64,000 nucleotides of DNA from an uncultured bacterium (GCA_963722385.1 CAVRKK010000002.1:576001-640000), one strand, 5' to 3'; counted from the first letter of the stretch, positions 9,990-20,449 are shown. The notes: generated by a model from the sequence alone, not told the origin. Numbers and translations: made by a program.

Positions 9990-10705
9990 TGAATAACGCC
10001 GGCTTAAAAGCCGGAGGTTCTAGGTCGCGGTCATTCAAGCCGCGTTGCCCTTTTAGGGACTTCAGTGAGCCCGTTGAACGCAACTCTGTCTGCGTTCAAT
10101 TGATCTCTGCCCATGACGCATAGCTATGTTGAATGAAGCATTTACGTCAGCATGATCAACGTGCCTACAATGAGGACACTTAAATAGTTTACCCTGGCGA
10201 TTACCTCGTAGATGGCATTTACTACAATCTTGAGAGGTATAGCTTGGATCTACGAGCAAGACAGGAATCCCAAGCAGCTTGGCCTTATACTCTATCTGCT
10301 TTTGCAGACCATAGTACGACCAACTGTGCAAAAGATACTTGAAAGATATGCTTGCTCGCGCTCTCTTTCTTATTCCCTGCAAATCTTCTAGTTGTATTCC
10401 CAATCCATGTTCTTTAGCATATCGTTACTTCTTCAATATTTGGTTAGAAATAGCTGACGGTAGCCCCATCTCCTTAACATCTCTCGATGTTCGGCTTCTT
10501 GTTTGTAGGCCAAAACTCGCTACCTGCCTTGCTTTTTCTAGCTCTTGCCTAAAATCTCTTTTATGCTTTATCTTATACGTTAAAAGCACTTCCTACTATC
10601 CTCTTTTCCTCTAGCTATTAAACAACCCTCAAATGTTTAACACATTTGTACTTTTTTGCAACTCTTCATCCACGTGCTTTAGCACGTGGCTTTCCGTTGC
10701 ATAGT
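9990..10705 (-). mobile_element. Non-autonomous, internally deleted IS200/IS605-family (tnpB-only) element
   Basis: Left-end hairpin CCACGTGCT-tt-AGCACGTGG (10670-10689). Right-end hairpin CCGGCTTTTAAGCCGG followed by TTCA near 9990 on the minus strand. A tnpB remnant lies between them. Confidence 0.8.
10062..10589 (-). pseudogene. tnpB: tnpB pseudogene: N-terminus joined in frame through a stop to RuvC-II/Zn-ribbon/RuvC-III
   Basis: GTG 10589 gives MLLTYKIKHKRDFRQELEKARQVA...NQILKK*RYAKEHGLGIQLEDL...VDPSYTSQDCSKC...CPHC..HADVNASFNI. The RuvC-I region is missing. Confidence 0.85.
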
Positions 10706-10782
10706 AAAAAAGAAATCTCTTGATTTATGCCTGGGCAACTGTACTTTTTTGTCACCCTTCTTTTTTTTGGTTAAGAACATTT

Positions 10783-11043
10783 TCACGATCGATCTACAAG
10801 AAATACTATATTCTGCAAAACTTGAGAGCTTGGCTTTTTAAATTCGGGATACCCTTTTTTTAGCTTGGGCAGCTCTCTTTTCTGTTGATATACCGTTAGC
10901 GATGAATCCCTGGTTCGTTGATCGAGGACAAGATTCAAGAGAGACGTGCATACGCGAGAAGCTGTCCAGAGAAAAGCTGCTTGGGCCTTCGCTCCGGGAT
11001 TACTACGAATCTTGTGAGTTAGTATCATTTTTCTGCTCTTCAA
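10783..11043 (-). pseudogene. tnpB: Second tnpB N-terminal fragment (IS605 OrfB HTH region), truncated
   Basis: MILTHKIR...YQQKRELPKLKKGYPEFKKPSSQVLQN is typical of a TnpB N-terminus. Confidence 0.7.
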
Positions 11044-11073
11044 TATACCGCTTAACCGCTTCCTATTAATCCC

Positions 11074-11703
11074 TTATATCCCAGCTTTAAAATTGCTGGG
11101 TTTTTCGGGATACTTTATAAATTCTTTTGGCCGCTGATCGATCTGATAGCATGCACGACAGCGCGCTTGATAGAATTCTTGTGAGCCAATAAGAACAACC
11201 GGATCGTTTAACTTTGCCGGTTTGCCATTCACCAAGCGTTGAGAAAAATGCGCATCGTCACCACATTCCAAACAAACAGCTTTAAGCTTCGTCACTTCAT
11301 CAGCGAGCGCCATTAACGGGGGCATACAATTAAACGGCAGTCCCCTAAAATCAAGATCAAGCCCAGCAACAATTACGTGCTTACGAGCGTCGACCAAGCA
11401 ATAAATTTCTTCGATAATCTCCGTAGAAAAAAATTGCACCTCATCTATCCCGATAATCTGAGTATCGTCTAAGAGTAAACTCTTAAATGCAGCCACCGTG
11501 TCGACAGCGATGGCAGAAAGCGCGCTGCCACTATGCGCATAGAGCTTTTCAATCGCAACCCGATTATCAAGGCTATGCTTAAATACTTGCGTTTTGATCT
11601 GTGCTAATTGGGCACGACGCAACCGTCGAATCAGCTCTTCTGTTTTGCCAGAAAACATAGATCCGCAGATGATCTCTAGTTTACCCTTCATCTTGTTTTT
11701 CAT
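11074..11703 (-). CDS. tdk: Thymidine kinase
   Basis: GSMFSGKTEEL P-loop, IDEVQFF, AGLDLDFRG, C-terminal Zn cysteines. Confidence 0.97.
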   Translation of the reverse strand: MKNKMKGKLEIICGSMFSGKTEELIRRLRRAQLAQIKTQVFKHSLDNRVAIEKLYAHSGSALSAIAVDTVAAFKSLLLDDTQIIGIDEVQFFSTEIIEEIYCLVDARKHVIVAGLDLDFRGLPFNCMPPLMALADEVTKLKAVCLECGDDAHFSQRLVNGKPAKLNDPVVLIGSQEFYQARCRACYQIDQRPKEFIKYPEKPSNFKAGI

Positions 11704-11970
11704 GCTAGAATTGCCCTATATAACAGTTATTTGAAAATTTTTTGCTTGCCCCACATTTTGTTCTTCCCCCCGGCTTCTTATTTACTTTATAGCAAAGAAC
11801 AAACTCTGTATAATTTTTTTGCCAGTTGATTTTTTATGTAAATTCTATAGCATTTCGTCAGGCTATATTCGTCACCTGTCTTGTGCTCTGTAGGTCATAA
11901 GAACAAGAACGGTGCACAAGCAAGAGAGTTGGCTTGCAACAACACATCCCATTAATCAAGGAGACCTGTC

Positions 11971-12675
11971 ATGGTACCTTTCCGTTACCTATCACTACTT
12001 CTTTTATTGAGCGGAGCGATGGCGGCCTACTCAGTACCAGCTAAGGCTGCCGCACCATATAAGCACGAAAGAAAGGGACCGCGCCATATCGACAAACCAA
12101 GAAAATCACTTAAAAATGACAAGGAAGAAGTTAAGCAAGCGGCAGCGTCCCCAACTCCTGTTGCTCCTACCCCAATATCAAAACCCGTGGTAACCGCAGC
12201 TGCGTCTGTTGAAACACCAACGCCAGCTCATTCTGCAGCCCCTGAACCTACACCCGTTGTTGTAGTCGTTGCTCCAGAACTTGTTATTGCATCAAACGCT
12301 ACACTTATTGAAACACCAGAAGCAACCGTTGAGGTGGTTGTTGAAATACCAGTCGTCAATGAACCAGAAGCTACCGAAACTTTAAAGTCTGACTCGGTAG
12401 AAACCAATCTCGTAGACGACCAAGATACAGAAAACAACGAAGAACACTGGACAAACGAGCAAGTCGCTGCTCGCATAGCATTTGATGCTCTTTTGGACAA
12501 GCTCGAACTCGAATTCGCGAAAGTAGCAGAAAAGGTGCTTGATGAATCTGACGTCGCTCGGAACTACGCTCGCCTATTCACCGAAGAACCGGATGTGACC
12601 TTGAAAGCGTTCGTCTCGTTATCGCACTTACGAGAAGATAAAACGCAAGTAGAAAAAACAAAAGAGCAAGCTTAA
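11971..12675 (+). CDS. Hypothetical secreted Pro/Ala/Glu-rich protein
   Basis: AGGAG RBS, hydrophobic signal peptide, low-complexity linker. Confidence 0.8.
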   Translation: MVPFRYLSLLLLLSGAMAAYSVPAKAAAPYKHERKGPRHIDKPRKSLKNDKEEVKQAAASPTPVAPTPISKPVVTAAASVETPTPAHSAAPEPTPVVVVVAPELVIASNATLIETPEATVEVVVEIPVVNEPEATETLKSDSVETNLVDDQDTENNEEHWTNEQVAARIAFDALLDKLELEFAKVAEKVLDESDVARNYARLFTEEPDVTLKAFVSLSHLREDKTQVEKTKEQA

Positions 12676-12684
12676 TCTTGCCCC

Positions 12685-12719
12685 TACCAAGCGATCAGTC
12701 ACTTACTGATCGCTTGGTA
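12685..12719. terminator. 15-bp perfect inverted repeat between convergent genes
   Basis: TACCAAGCGATCAGT-cactt-ACTGATCGCTTGGTA. Confidence 0.65.
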
Positions 12720-13616
12720 ACTTTGATTTTTAACAAAAGATACCGAATCACCCTCGTAATAAAGAAAGCCCTCACGGCATAAGTTATCAAGATGGCGCTG
12801 CACGCGTTGAGGATCGCGATTAATAGAAACGCAAAGCTCATCGAATGAAATAGCTACGCGCTGCGTGAGAATTTTTAATATCATGCCCCGAATTTGGCGC
12901 TCCGAACCCTCAAAAGGAGACTGCTTGACATAATGCACACTACGCCGGCTTGGATTTTTACACGCTTTTTTAAGAGCCACGCCGTAATCCATGAGGGCAT
13001 AATACCAACGGCGAGGGTTGGTAACATCGAGAGTAGCCTTTACCAACGGCAATAACTTCGAATCTTTGATAGGATTGTCAGCGGGGTGCTGAAAAAAAGT
13101 GTAAATAAAAACAGCTCTAATATTCGTCTCAATAAAAATCGTTGGCTTATTAAAAGCAAAAGCACCTATTGAAGCAGCGGTTGCCGGACCAATCCCATCA
13201 AGCTCGCTCAATACCTCGGGGGTATCCGGCACACATCCTTGATGATAGCTCACAATGCGCTGCGCAGCTCTTTGAAGCGCCAAAGCACGCCGGTTATACC
13301 CCAGTCCTTGCCAACATGACACAACGTCATTCACGCGAGCACATGCAAGCGCTGATACGGTAGGAAATGCTTCCATAAATTCATCAAATTTTTTCTGCAC
13401 CCGATATGTCTGTGTCTGCTGTAGCATAATTTCAGATACCATAATAGCATAAGGGTCAGTCGTGTGCCGCCAGGCAAATGATCTGCCATAGGCCTCATAA
13501 AAGTCATAGACCAAGCGAACAAAAATGGCTATCCCCGCTCGCGAAAGGCCCTCGGCGCCTAAATAAATGGAAAGGTCAGGATAGCGCCGGTCAGTTACCG
13601 CGTCTAACTGCTTCAT
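12699..13616 (-). CDS. mutY: A/G-specific adenine glycosylase (short form lacking the Fe-S cysteine cluster)
   Basis: DPYAIMVSEIMLQQTQ, WQGLGYNRRA, HhH motif LDGIGPATA. Confidence 0.9.
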   Translation of the reverse strand: MKQLDAVTDRRYPDLSIYLGAEGLSRAGIAIFVRLVYDFYEAYGRSFAWRHTTDPYAIMVSEIMLQQTQTYRVQKKFDEFMEAFPTVSALACARVNDVVSCWQGLGYNRRALALQRAAQRIVSYHQGCVPDTPEVLSELDGIGPATAASIGAFAFNKPTIFIETNIRAVFIYTFFQHPADNPIKDSKLLPLVKATLDVTNPRRWYYALMDYGVALKKACKNPSRRSVHYVKQSPFEGSERQIRGMILKILTQRVAISFDELCVSINRDPQRVQRHLDNLCREGFLYYEGDSVSFVKNQSYQAISK

Positions 13617-16246
13617 ACTTCGCCAAGCCTGCCAATACGTATCGTGGTAAGCGAACCCTGAGCAAGCACCTGAGCAACCGCATCCTGGACTTCGCTTTTT
13701 GTTATATGCATAAGCTGCTGCGCACGCTTATCAAAAAAAGTTAGGGGCAAATCAAACGTATCTAAAAATAAAAAGCTCGCCGCTATCTGATGGTTTGCGG
13801 CAAAATGATCGACCAAGTTGGCAGCGAGCGCCCGCTGTGCATGCTCAAGCTCCTCATCAGTTACCCCATCGGCTCGTGCGTTAAGCACATCAGTAATAAC
13901 CGCCTCAGCCTCGGTGAGCCGCTCAGGGGAAACGATCGTCTGAATAAAAATCATACCAGGCTCGCGATGAGCACCACTTACCAAAGAACCACCCGCTGTA
14001 TAAAATAAGCCCGACTGCTCACGGATTTGAAAAAGCCGCGAGCTCATCGAACCAAGCGCGCCACCCGTTAGTATTTGGTCAAAAAGAAGGATTTTGTCAT
14101 AAGATTGATCAAGCCGACGTACCGAAAGCCCTGCAAAAGCAAGCACTACCTGATCTCTATTTATATATTTTGTTATTTGGCGAGCTTCAGGAGCCACTAA
14201 AGGCGGAAACGTCACATCGCTTACGCGCGGCCCACGCCACTGACCAAGCGCGTGCTCTAAAATTTCTCTGAGATCATACTGCTCAAGGTCGCCCACAATC
14301 GCCAATCGCGCTTGCTGGGGAGTGACGAACGCTTGATAGGCATCGAGGAGATCGCCGCGAGTAATCGAGGCAACTCCTTCTACGCTTCCTATATGCGACT
14401 TTGCGTAAGGATGGTTGCCATAAATTGCTTGCCGTGCTATTTGGCCAATGGACTGGCTCGGTGAGTCCCAAAAATCATGGATGTCAGCAATAATCTGAGC
14501 GCGCACCCGCTCAAGCGCCGCCGGCTTGAAAAGGGCGTGAGTGAGCATTTGACTCAATAACGCAAGGCCCTTGGCGAGATCTTGCTGGAGCATGCTCATG
14601 CTGATCGTCCCCGCGCCAACCTCAAGCCCCATCCCGTATGACTCAAGCTCTTGCATAAATAAATGGTCTGGCCAATCTGTCGTTCCTTCAGCAAGCATTT
14701 CCATCAAGAGGCATTGTAACCCCTGCTTGTCATCTGGATCAAAATATGCCCGCGCTTTAACATCTAAAATCAGCGTAATCTTGGCTGACGTTGAATTATG
14801 ATAGGAGAAGACCTTCAAACCGTTGGTAAGAAAAAATTGTTCTGGCTTGGGAAAGCTAAAAGGTCTTGGCTGGCTCGGTTCCACGCGATGAACAAAAGAA
14901 CCTGCCTCAATCTTTGCCTCGCGCTGAACGCGTGATAGGACCCGCTTATCTTCCGCATCAGACTGCTCTTGAAGTTTGAGCCAAAAAGATTTTTCTGAGT
15001 TGGCAAGCGGTAATAATGTCGCGGTATGCATCACCGCGGGGCGGAGATAGGTCGCTATAAGGTTGGTAGCCTGTGCCATCAACACGCCCGAGTCACTCTT
15101 GGTATAGTCGAGCAGATAACGCTCATCACCGGTGGCCAAAAAATATTTACCTACCAGATAAGCACACCGCTCTTGATCTTCCGTCAGCGAAATAAAATCT
15201 AATTCAGTCTTCTTGCATGCCCGTTTTAGTTCGGCCTCAGTACACCCTGCACTTGCTAAGAGCGCAAGCTCCTCGGTTATCGTATCCAGGATACGCGGAA
15301 TATAGTCAACAGCTTTAGGCTGAAAGCTGATAACAAAAAGGCTATGATCCATATGATCATACGTAAAGGACTCAAGCTCGGTAACAAGCTCAAGCTCTTC
15401 AACAACCCGGCGGACCAAGCGCGAGCCTTTGCCAGAACCAATCAGCCACGAAGCAACGTCAAGAACATAATCGAGCCGCTCACGGGTTCCGGGCACAACC
15501 CAGGCAACCATAACTAAGGGCTGCTGCACATCACGATAGAGAGTAATAGATTGAGCCGCAATATCATGAGAATGGTGATGCTCTGGTCGTTGATACTCCC
15601 ATGCCGGCGCCAAGGCGCCAAAGGATTCCTGCGCCCTCTCAAGGAGCTCACCTGCTTCAACAGGCCCAACAGCAACGAGAATCGCATTATTGGGAACATA
15701 GTGCTTTTTATAGAAGGTGACCAATGCCTGACGATCGAGACTCCATAAATCTTTCTTATAGCCAATGACCGGATAGCGGTACGGGTGGTCAGTAAAGATG
15801 GCACCCATAAGCTTTTCAAATAGAACAGATGGATAGTCGTCGTTATACATTTTAAGCTCTTGAATAACCGCCTTGAGCTCTGAGCATAAGAGCTCTTCTT
15901 TGAACGTGCAGTTGACCATACAATCGGCCATAATACCAAGCGCATGATGCCAATGATGAGCCGGCAAGTCAAATAAATAACCTGTATAGTCATGGGAAGT
16001 AAAGGCGTTGCATGAGCCGGATAGCTTGTGGGTGATCAGATTAATATCTGACTCTGAAAGGGTATGGGTCCCCTTAAAAATTAAGTGCTCGATAAGATGT
16101 GCTATGCCCTTCTCGCCCGAAGCTTCGTTTTTTGACCCAACACCATACCACAGCTGCAGACAAACCTTGGGAATATGGTACTGTGGCACCGTAAGGAGCG
16201 TAAGCCCATTTTCAAGGCTTGCGCGGTGAATTGTTAATTGAGCCAT
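13613..16246 (-). CDS. M16 (pitrilysin/insulinase) family zinc metallopeptidase, fused two-unit form
   Basis: GIAHLIEHLIFKGT (HxxEH), NAFTS, second non-catalytic M16 unit. Confidence 0.92.
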   Translation of the reverse strand: MAQLTIHRASLENGLTLLTVPQYHIPKVCLQLWYGVGSKNEASGEKGIAHLIEHLIFKGTHTLSESDINLITHKLSGSCNAFTSHDYTGYLFDLPAHHWHHALGIMADCMVNCTFKEELLCSELKAVIQELKMYNDDYPSVLFEKLMGAIFTDHPYRYPVIGYKKDLWSLDRQALVTFYKKHYVPNNAILVAVGPVEAGELLERAQESFGALAPAWEYQRPEHHHSHDIAAQSITLYRDVQQPLVMVAWVVPGTRERLDYVLDVASWLIGSGKGSRLVRRVVEELELVTELESFTYDHMDHSLFVISFQPKAVDYIPRILDTITEELALLASAGCTEAELKRACKKTELDFISLTEDQERCAYLVGKYFLATGDERYLLDYTKSDSGVLMAQATNLIATYLRPAVMHTATLLPLANSEKSFWLKLQEQSDAEDKRVLSRVQREAKIEAGSFVHRVEPSQPRPFSFPKPEQFFLTNGLKVFSYHNSTSAKITLILDVKARAYFDPDDKQGLQCLLMEMLAEGTTDWPDHLFMQELESYGMGLEVGAGTISMSMLQQDLAKGLALLSQMLTHALFKPAALERVRAQIIADIHDFWDSPSQSIGQIARQAIYGNHPYAKSHIGSVEGVASITRGDLLDAYQAFVTPQQARLAIVGDLEQYDLREILEHALGQWRGPRVSDVTFPPLVAPEARQITKYINRDQVVLAFAGLSVRRLDQSYDKILLFDQILTGGALGSMSSRLFQIREQSGLFYTAGGSLVSGAHREPGMIFIQTIVSPERLTEAEAVITDVLNARADGVTDEELEHAQRALAANLVDHFAANHQIAASFLFLDTFDLPLTFFDKRAQQLMHITKSEVQDAVAQVLAQGSLTTIRIGRLGEV

Positions 16247-16505
16247 ATTCCCTCTATTCGTTTGTCAATGCGTATACTATATCATCACAATACTACAGAT
16301 TGAAAAAATTGTCAGCACCGCATCCAATTTCAACTACCAAATAATTATATCGCCTCACTCGAAGGCAATTCCGCTCTGCCGGAGCAAGCTAACTACTAAT
16401 ACATTTTTAAAACCAAATACCCATGTTAAGATCTTGCCCAAACAAGTTGTTTCTGATAATCTGCAATTGAATTGCGGATTATCTGCAAAATTAATGAGGA
16501 TAATG

Positions 16506-17693
16506 ATGATTCAACGAACAATTGAGCCCGTGCTGCGTGCATATGCTGAGCAGTTTCCAGTCGTAGCTCTTATGGGACCACGCCAATCAGGGAAAACAAC
16601 ACTTGCAAGGGCTGTTTTCCCTGATTATAGATACATTACACTTGAGGACCTTGATAGGAAAGCTGAAGCTCATGAGGATCCCAGAAAATTCTTTGCTTCT
16701 CTAGCTCATGAAAAGGGAGTGATCATAGACGAGATCCAAGAAGTTCCCGAACTATTTTCCTATATGCAAGGCATCGTCGACCAGGAATACCGACCAGGCT
16801 ACTTTATCATAACCGGCTCTCAAAATTTTCTGATGCATGAAAAAATTACTCAGACGCTTGCCGGAAGAATTGCTCTTTTGACGCTACTCCCGCTTTCGAT
16901 TGTAGAGCTCGAAAAAGCACATAAGCTTCCTCAAACACTCGAGGAAGTGCTCTTGAAAGGTTTTTATCCACGGCTCTATGCTCAAAATATTGATATTCAC
17001 GCATGGTTTACTCATTACATATCCACATACATAGAGAAAGATGTTCGCCAAATTCTAGGTATTAGCAATGTCATAGCCTTTCAGCGATTTTTAAAGCTTT
17101 GCGCAGCTCGCATAGGCAATCTAGTAAATTATGCCGATCTTGCTCGTGATTGCGATATAAGCCCGAATACCGCTAAAGCTTGGATCTCGGTACTCGAAAC
17201 AAGTTATATTATTAAACTTCTTTACCCTTATCACAACAACTTTAGTAAGCGATTAATCAAAACTCCCAAGCTTTATTTTTACGATAGTGGGTTAGTAGCA
17301 GCATTTTTAGGCATCCAACATCCCAAAGATCTTTATTCACATCCGATGCGCGGAGCTCTTTTTGAATCACTTATTATCAGCGATTTATTCAAGTATTTTT
17401 ATAATGTCGGCAGAATGCCCCCGCTCTACTTTTGGCGTGATGTTCAAGGTCATGAAATCGATTGTATTATAGAAAAAAGTCTCCATCAGCTTGTACCACT
17501 TGAAGTTAAGGCAGGCATGACCATACGAGCAGATTTCTTTAAAGAACTTGCTGGATGGGGAGCAATAACCGGTCAAGCACCTGAGCAGGGCTTCCTAATA
17601 TATGCCGGAGACAGCGATCATTTACGCAAGTTTGGAAATGTCATATCATGGAGGCGCATAGAAAAAGTAACACGCACTTTCGAGCAAATATAA
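16506..17693 (+). CDS. AAA_14 ATPase with DUF4143 C-terminal domain
   Basis: GPRQSGKTTL, DEIQ, TGS, KTPKLYFYDSGL, EIDCI, EVK. Likely start MIQRTIE after GAGGA. Confidence 0.9.
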   Translation: MIQRTIEPVLRAYAEQFPVVALMGPRQSGKTTLARAVFPDYRYITLEDLDRKAEAHEDPRKFFASLAHEKGVIIDEIQEVPELFSYMQGIVDQEYRPGYFIITGSQNFLMHEKITQTLAGRIALLTLLPLSIVELEKAHKLPQTLEEVLLKGFYPRLYAQNIDIHAWFTHYISTYIEKDVRQILGISNVIAFQRFLKLCAARIGNLVNYADLARDCDISPNTAKAWISVLETSYIIKLLYPYHNNFSKRLIKTPKLYFYDSGLVAAFLGIQHPKDLYSHPMRGALFESLIISDLFKYFYNVGRMPPLYFWRDVQGHEIDCIIEKSLHQLVPLEVKAGMTIRADFFKELAGWGAITGQAPEQGFLIYAGDSDHLRKFGNVISWRRIEKVTRTFEQI

Positions 17694-17696
17694 CAT

Positions 17697-17952
17697 ATGG
17701 CAGTATTTTTTCATGTGATCCTGTTCTTTTATGCTCTCTTTACTTCATGGCCATGCTCTTCTCTTGATTTAGTTGCTACAGCTGAAGATCTATATTGGCA
17801 TCATTGTAGGCACTATTATTGGTGGTGCTGTGACAGGCGCTGTTGTAGTTGGTATAGCCGCTTACTTTGCCTGGAAGTACTTTACTCGCCATCGTGGTAG
17901 AGGTAGCGTTAATTACTCACCGGATGTGGCACCTGTGGGACAAGAATTGTAA
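17697..17952 (+). pseudogene. Collapsed surface-protein gene: signal peptide joined out of frame to a TM + RGSVNY tail
   Basis: 17697 reads MAVFFHVILFFYALFTSWPCSSL. The +1 frame at 17794-17952 reads IGIIVGTIIGGAVTGAVVVGIAAYFAWKYFTRHRGRGSVNYSPDVAPVGQEL*, similar to the C-terminus of 55963-58251. Confidence 0.7.
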
Positions 17953-18065
17953 AGGTTCATTGTCCATCAATTCAAGGGAGCCGGCTCTGCCGAGGCCCCT
18001 CTATATTTCGCCTATTTTCTCTGTATACTTAGCAATAGAGGCTTTTTGGCAGATAGGTTTTTATA

Positions 18066-18671
18066 ATGCAGTCGCTTACTCTTAACTTTCCCACTATTTT
18101 AACATTATCCCGCCTTATTCTTTCGCCACTCATCATGCCGCTTCTGCTGATATGGGGCTTACCGCTCAACCTTGTGCACTTAAACGGTATGCTTGCACTT
18201 ATTTTTGTCTTTTTTAGCCTTACCGACTTTTTTGATGGCTACCTGGCACGCCATTACGGTCAAGAAACCGCCTTAGGGCGCCTGCTTGATCCCATAGCAG
18301 ATAAATTCCTCGTCTATTCGACCTTAATTGCGCTCGTTGCCACTCATAAGCTCTTTTTCTTTTGGACAATTATTATTGTCGGGAGAGAATTTTTAGTTAC
18401 AAGTCTTCGGGAGATTGCACTCCATTACGATTTTTCATTACCCGTTTCGTCTATTGGCAAATTAAAAACCGTGACCCAAATGATATTCGTAACCTTCGTT
18501 ATTCTTAACCCAGCCCAAGAGCAAGGTTTGAAAGCTCCAGTCTGGAATGGCGTTGAAACTTTTTTGCTCATAAGTACTTTGATTTTAACGATCGCATCAG
18601 CGTTTGTATATGCTAAGCAATTCATGTATTCATGGGAAAAGAGAACGCTGAAAAATGATTTTTATGGGTGA
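18066..18671 (+). CDS. pgsA: CDP-diacylglycerol--glycerol-3-phosphate 3-phosphatidyltransferase
   Basis: TDFFDGYLARH...GRLLDPIADK CDP-alcohol phosphotransferase motif. Confidence 0.93.
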   Translation: MQSLTLNFPTILTLSRLILSPLIMPLLLIWGLPLNLVHLNGMLALIFVFFSLTDFFDGYLARHYGQETALGRLLDPIADKFLVYSTLIALVATHKLFFFWTIIIVGREFLVTSLREIALHYDFSLPVSSIGKLKTVTQMIFVTFVILNPAQEQGLKAPVWNGVETFLLISTLILTIASAFVYAKQFMYSWEKRTLKNDFYG

Positions 18672-18691
18672 TAGGGGTAAGGGGAGACATA

Positions 18692-19249
18692 ATGAGCTGG
18701 TTCGTGCTATTGGTAATTATTGGTTTAATCGCCCTTATTTTTTTTCTGTACGCTCCTAAAAGGGAGGTCGCCCTTAAGGTTGGTGACAAAGCACCTAATT
18801 TTACGCTGTTTGATGATAACGGCAAAAGGCGATCATTAAGTGAATTCAAGGGTTCGACGGTCGTTCTTTACTTTTATCCAAAAGACAATACGCCAGGCTG
18901 TACGATCCAAGCATGCTCATTACGGGATACCTATCCGATATTTCAAGAAACTAATATCGTGGTCATTGGCATCAATTACGAAACAAGCGCATCGCACCAA
19001 CAATTTAAAGCCAAAAATAAATTGCCTTTTATTTTGCTCAGCGATGAAGAAAAAAAGGTAGCAAAAAAATATGGTGCCTACCTTAGCGCGCTCAATAATC
19101 TTTATCCCGAGCGTAAAACATTTCTTATCGATTCGTCGGGCCACATCATTAAAATTTTTGACAATATTGACGTTACAACCCATACCGACAGTATCTTGGC
19201 CGCTCTCGGCATAAGCACTGAGCCACAAAAAACCATACATCTGGAATAA
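18692..19249 (+). CDS. bcp: Peroxiredoxin (BCP type) with N-terminal TM anchor
   Basis: YFYPKDNTPGCTIQACSLRD. Confidence 0.9.
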   Translation: MSWFVLLVIIGLIALIFFLYAPKREVALKVGDKAPNFTLFDDNGKRRSLSEFKGSTVVLYFYPKDNTPGCTIQACSLRDTYPIFQETNIVVIGINYETSASHQQFKAKNKLPFILLSDEEKKVAKKYGAYLSALNNLYPERKTFLIDSSGHIIKIFDNIDVTTHTDSILAALGISTEPQKTIHLE

Positions 19250-19259
19250 GCTCGCTCTC

Positions 19260-20438
19260 ATGTTGCTCGATTCTTTTTTACCAATTTTTATCACGATAGC
19301 GCTCCCACCACTTATTCCTATTACCGTCGCGCTCATAGCGGGGATTGGCTGCCAGGCTTATGGCACATCATTGATTACTGGTTGGTTGAGCCTTGCCATG
19401 TGCGCGATCGCAAGCTCCCTTATACTTAACGAGAGGCAGTTTACACGCTGGTTATGGATTCTTGCCTGCTGTTGTTTAAGCTTTCTTGCTGGAAATCTAA
19501 GAACTCACCGCACCATGAGCACCTATTTCGAGTTGCAGCATCACCTCAGTGACCGGTACGTCGACATAACGGGTTGCGTAAGCGATCTGCAAAACGTCAA
19601 TCGAGGTGTTTTTAAGCAGATGCTAACCCTTGAGTTAGCCGAGCTGTCATATCAAGATCAGCGCCTTAAAATACCCCACTATCAAGCAACCATCTATGTT
19701 ACCCACCCGCTGCCCGTACAACGCGGCGATACATTGCTGTATCGAAATGTTTTTTACCGACAAGCACCAAGCGACCTTCGTACAACCTTATACGCCATCA
19801 AAGAGGGGCTGCTCGCTCAGTTTTATGTCCGCCATACCAACTATACAATTCTGCCCATCAAGCAAAGCCTGAAGGCTTCGTGGAGCGCCTATTGGAAAAA
19901 TTATCGCTCATCCGTAGCAGTGAATTTGCAACGCACTTTATCACCCCGGGCTTACGCGCTGTTGGCATCGCTTTTTCTTGGTGCTCCAGCGACCTATTTA
20001 CCTGATACTGAGATGGTTAGGGCACATTTTACCTACTGGGGCATTACTCATTACCTCGCGCGTTCTGGCATGCACGTTGCCATGACCTTGCTTATGTGGC
20101 GAATTTTGCTCGGCCTCATTCCGCTCAGCAGCCTCTATAAGCAGATAATACTCTTTCTGCTACTCGCCTTGTTTAACCTTTTATCGTGGCCAAGCATTTC
20201 TTTTACCCGCGCACTCCTTTCTTACATGTTTGCTCAGGGCTGCCTGCTTGCCAATATACCTTTGCATCCCCTGCAAACCATACCCCTTGTTTGCTTTTTT
20301 GTACTTTTATATAACCCATTTCATCTCTTTTTTTTGGGATTTCAATTAAGCTTTGGCCTGACATGTGCCCTAGCCTGGCTTAATGAGCTTGAGCTGCTCA
20401 AAACACGCCAAGGTTATAGGGCCGAGCAACCATCATAA
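19260..20438 (+). CDS. comEC: ComEC/Rec2 family competence membrane protein (no MBL domain)
   Basis: GITHYLARSGMHV and GFQLSFG motifs, multiple TM segments. Confidence 0.8.
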   Translation: MLLDSFLPIFITIALPPLIPITVALIAGIGCQAYGTSLITGWLSLAMCAIASSLILNERQFTRWLWILACCCLSFLAGNLRTHRTMSTYFELQHHLSDRYVDITGCVSDLQNVNRGVFKQMLTLELAELSYQDQRLKIPHYQATIYVTHPLPVQRGDTLLYRNVFYRQAPSDLRTTLYAIKEGLLAQFYVRHTNYTILPIKQSLKASWSAYWKNYRSSVAVNLQRTLSPRAYALLASLFLGAPATYLPDTEMVRAHFTYWGITHYLARSGMHVAMTLLMWRILLGLIPLSSLYKQIILFLLLALFNLLSWPSISFTRALLSYMFAQGCLLANIPLHPLQTIPLVCFFVLLYNPFHLFFLGFQLSFGLTCALAWLNELELLKTRQGYRAEQPS

Positions 20439-20449
20439 GGAACTAAACT

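Noticed and set aside
17697..17900. 67-aa Cys/His/Trp-rich peptide as a real metal-binding protein
   Set aside because: The odd C-terminal half is the out-of-frame reading of a Gly/Val-rich TM segment.
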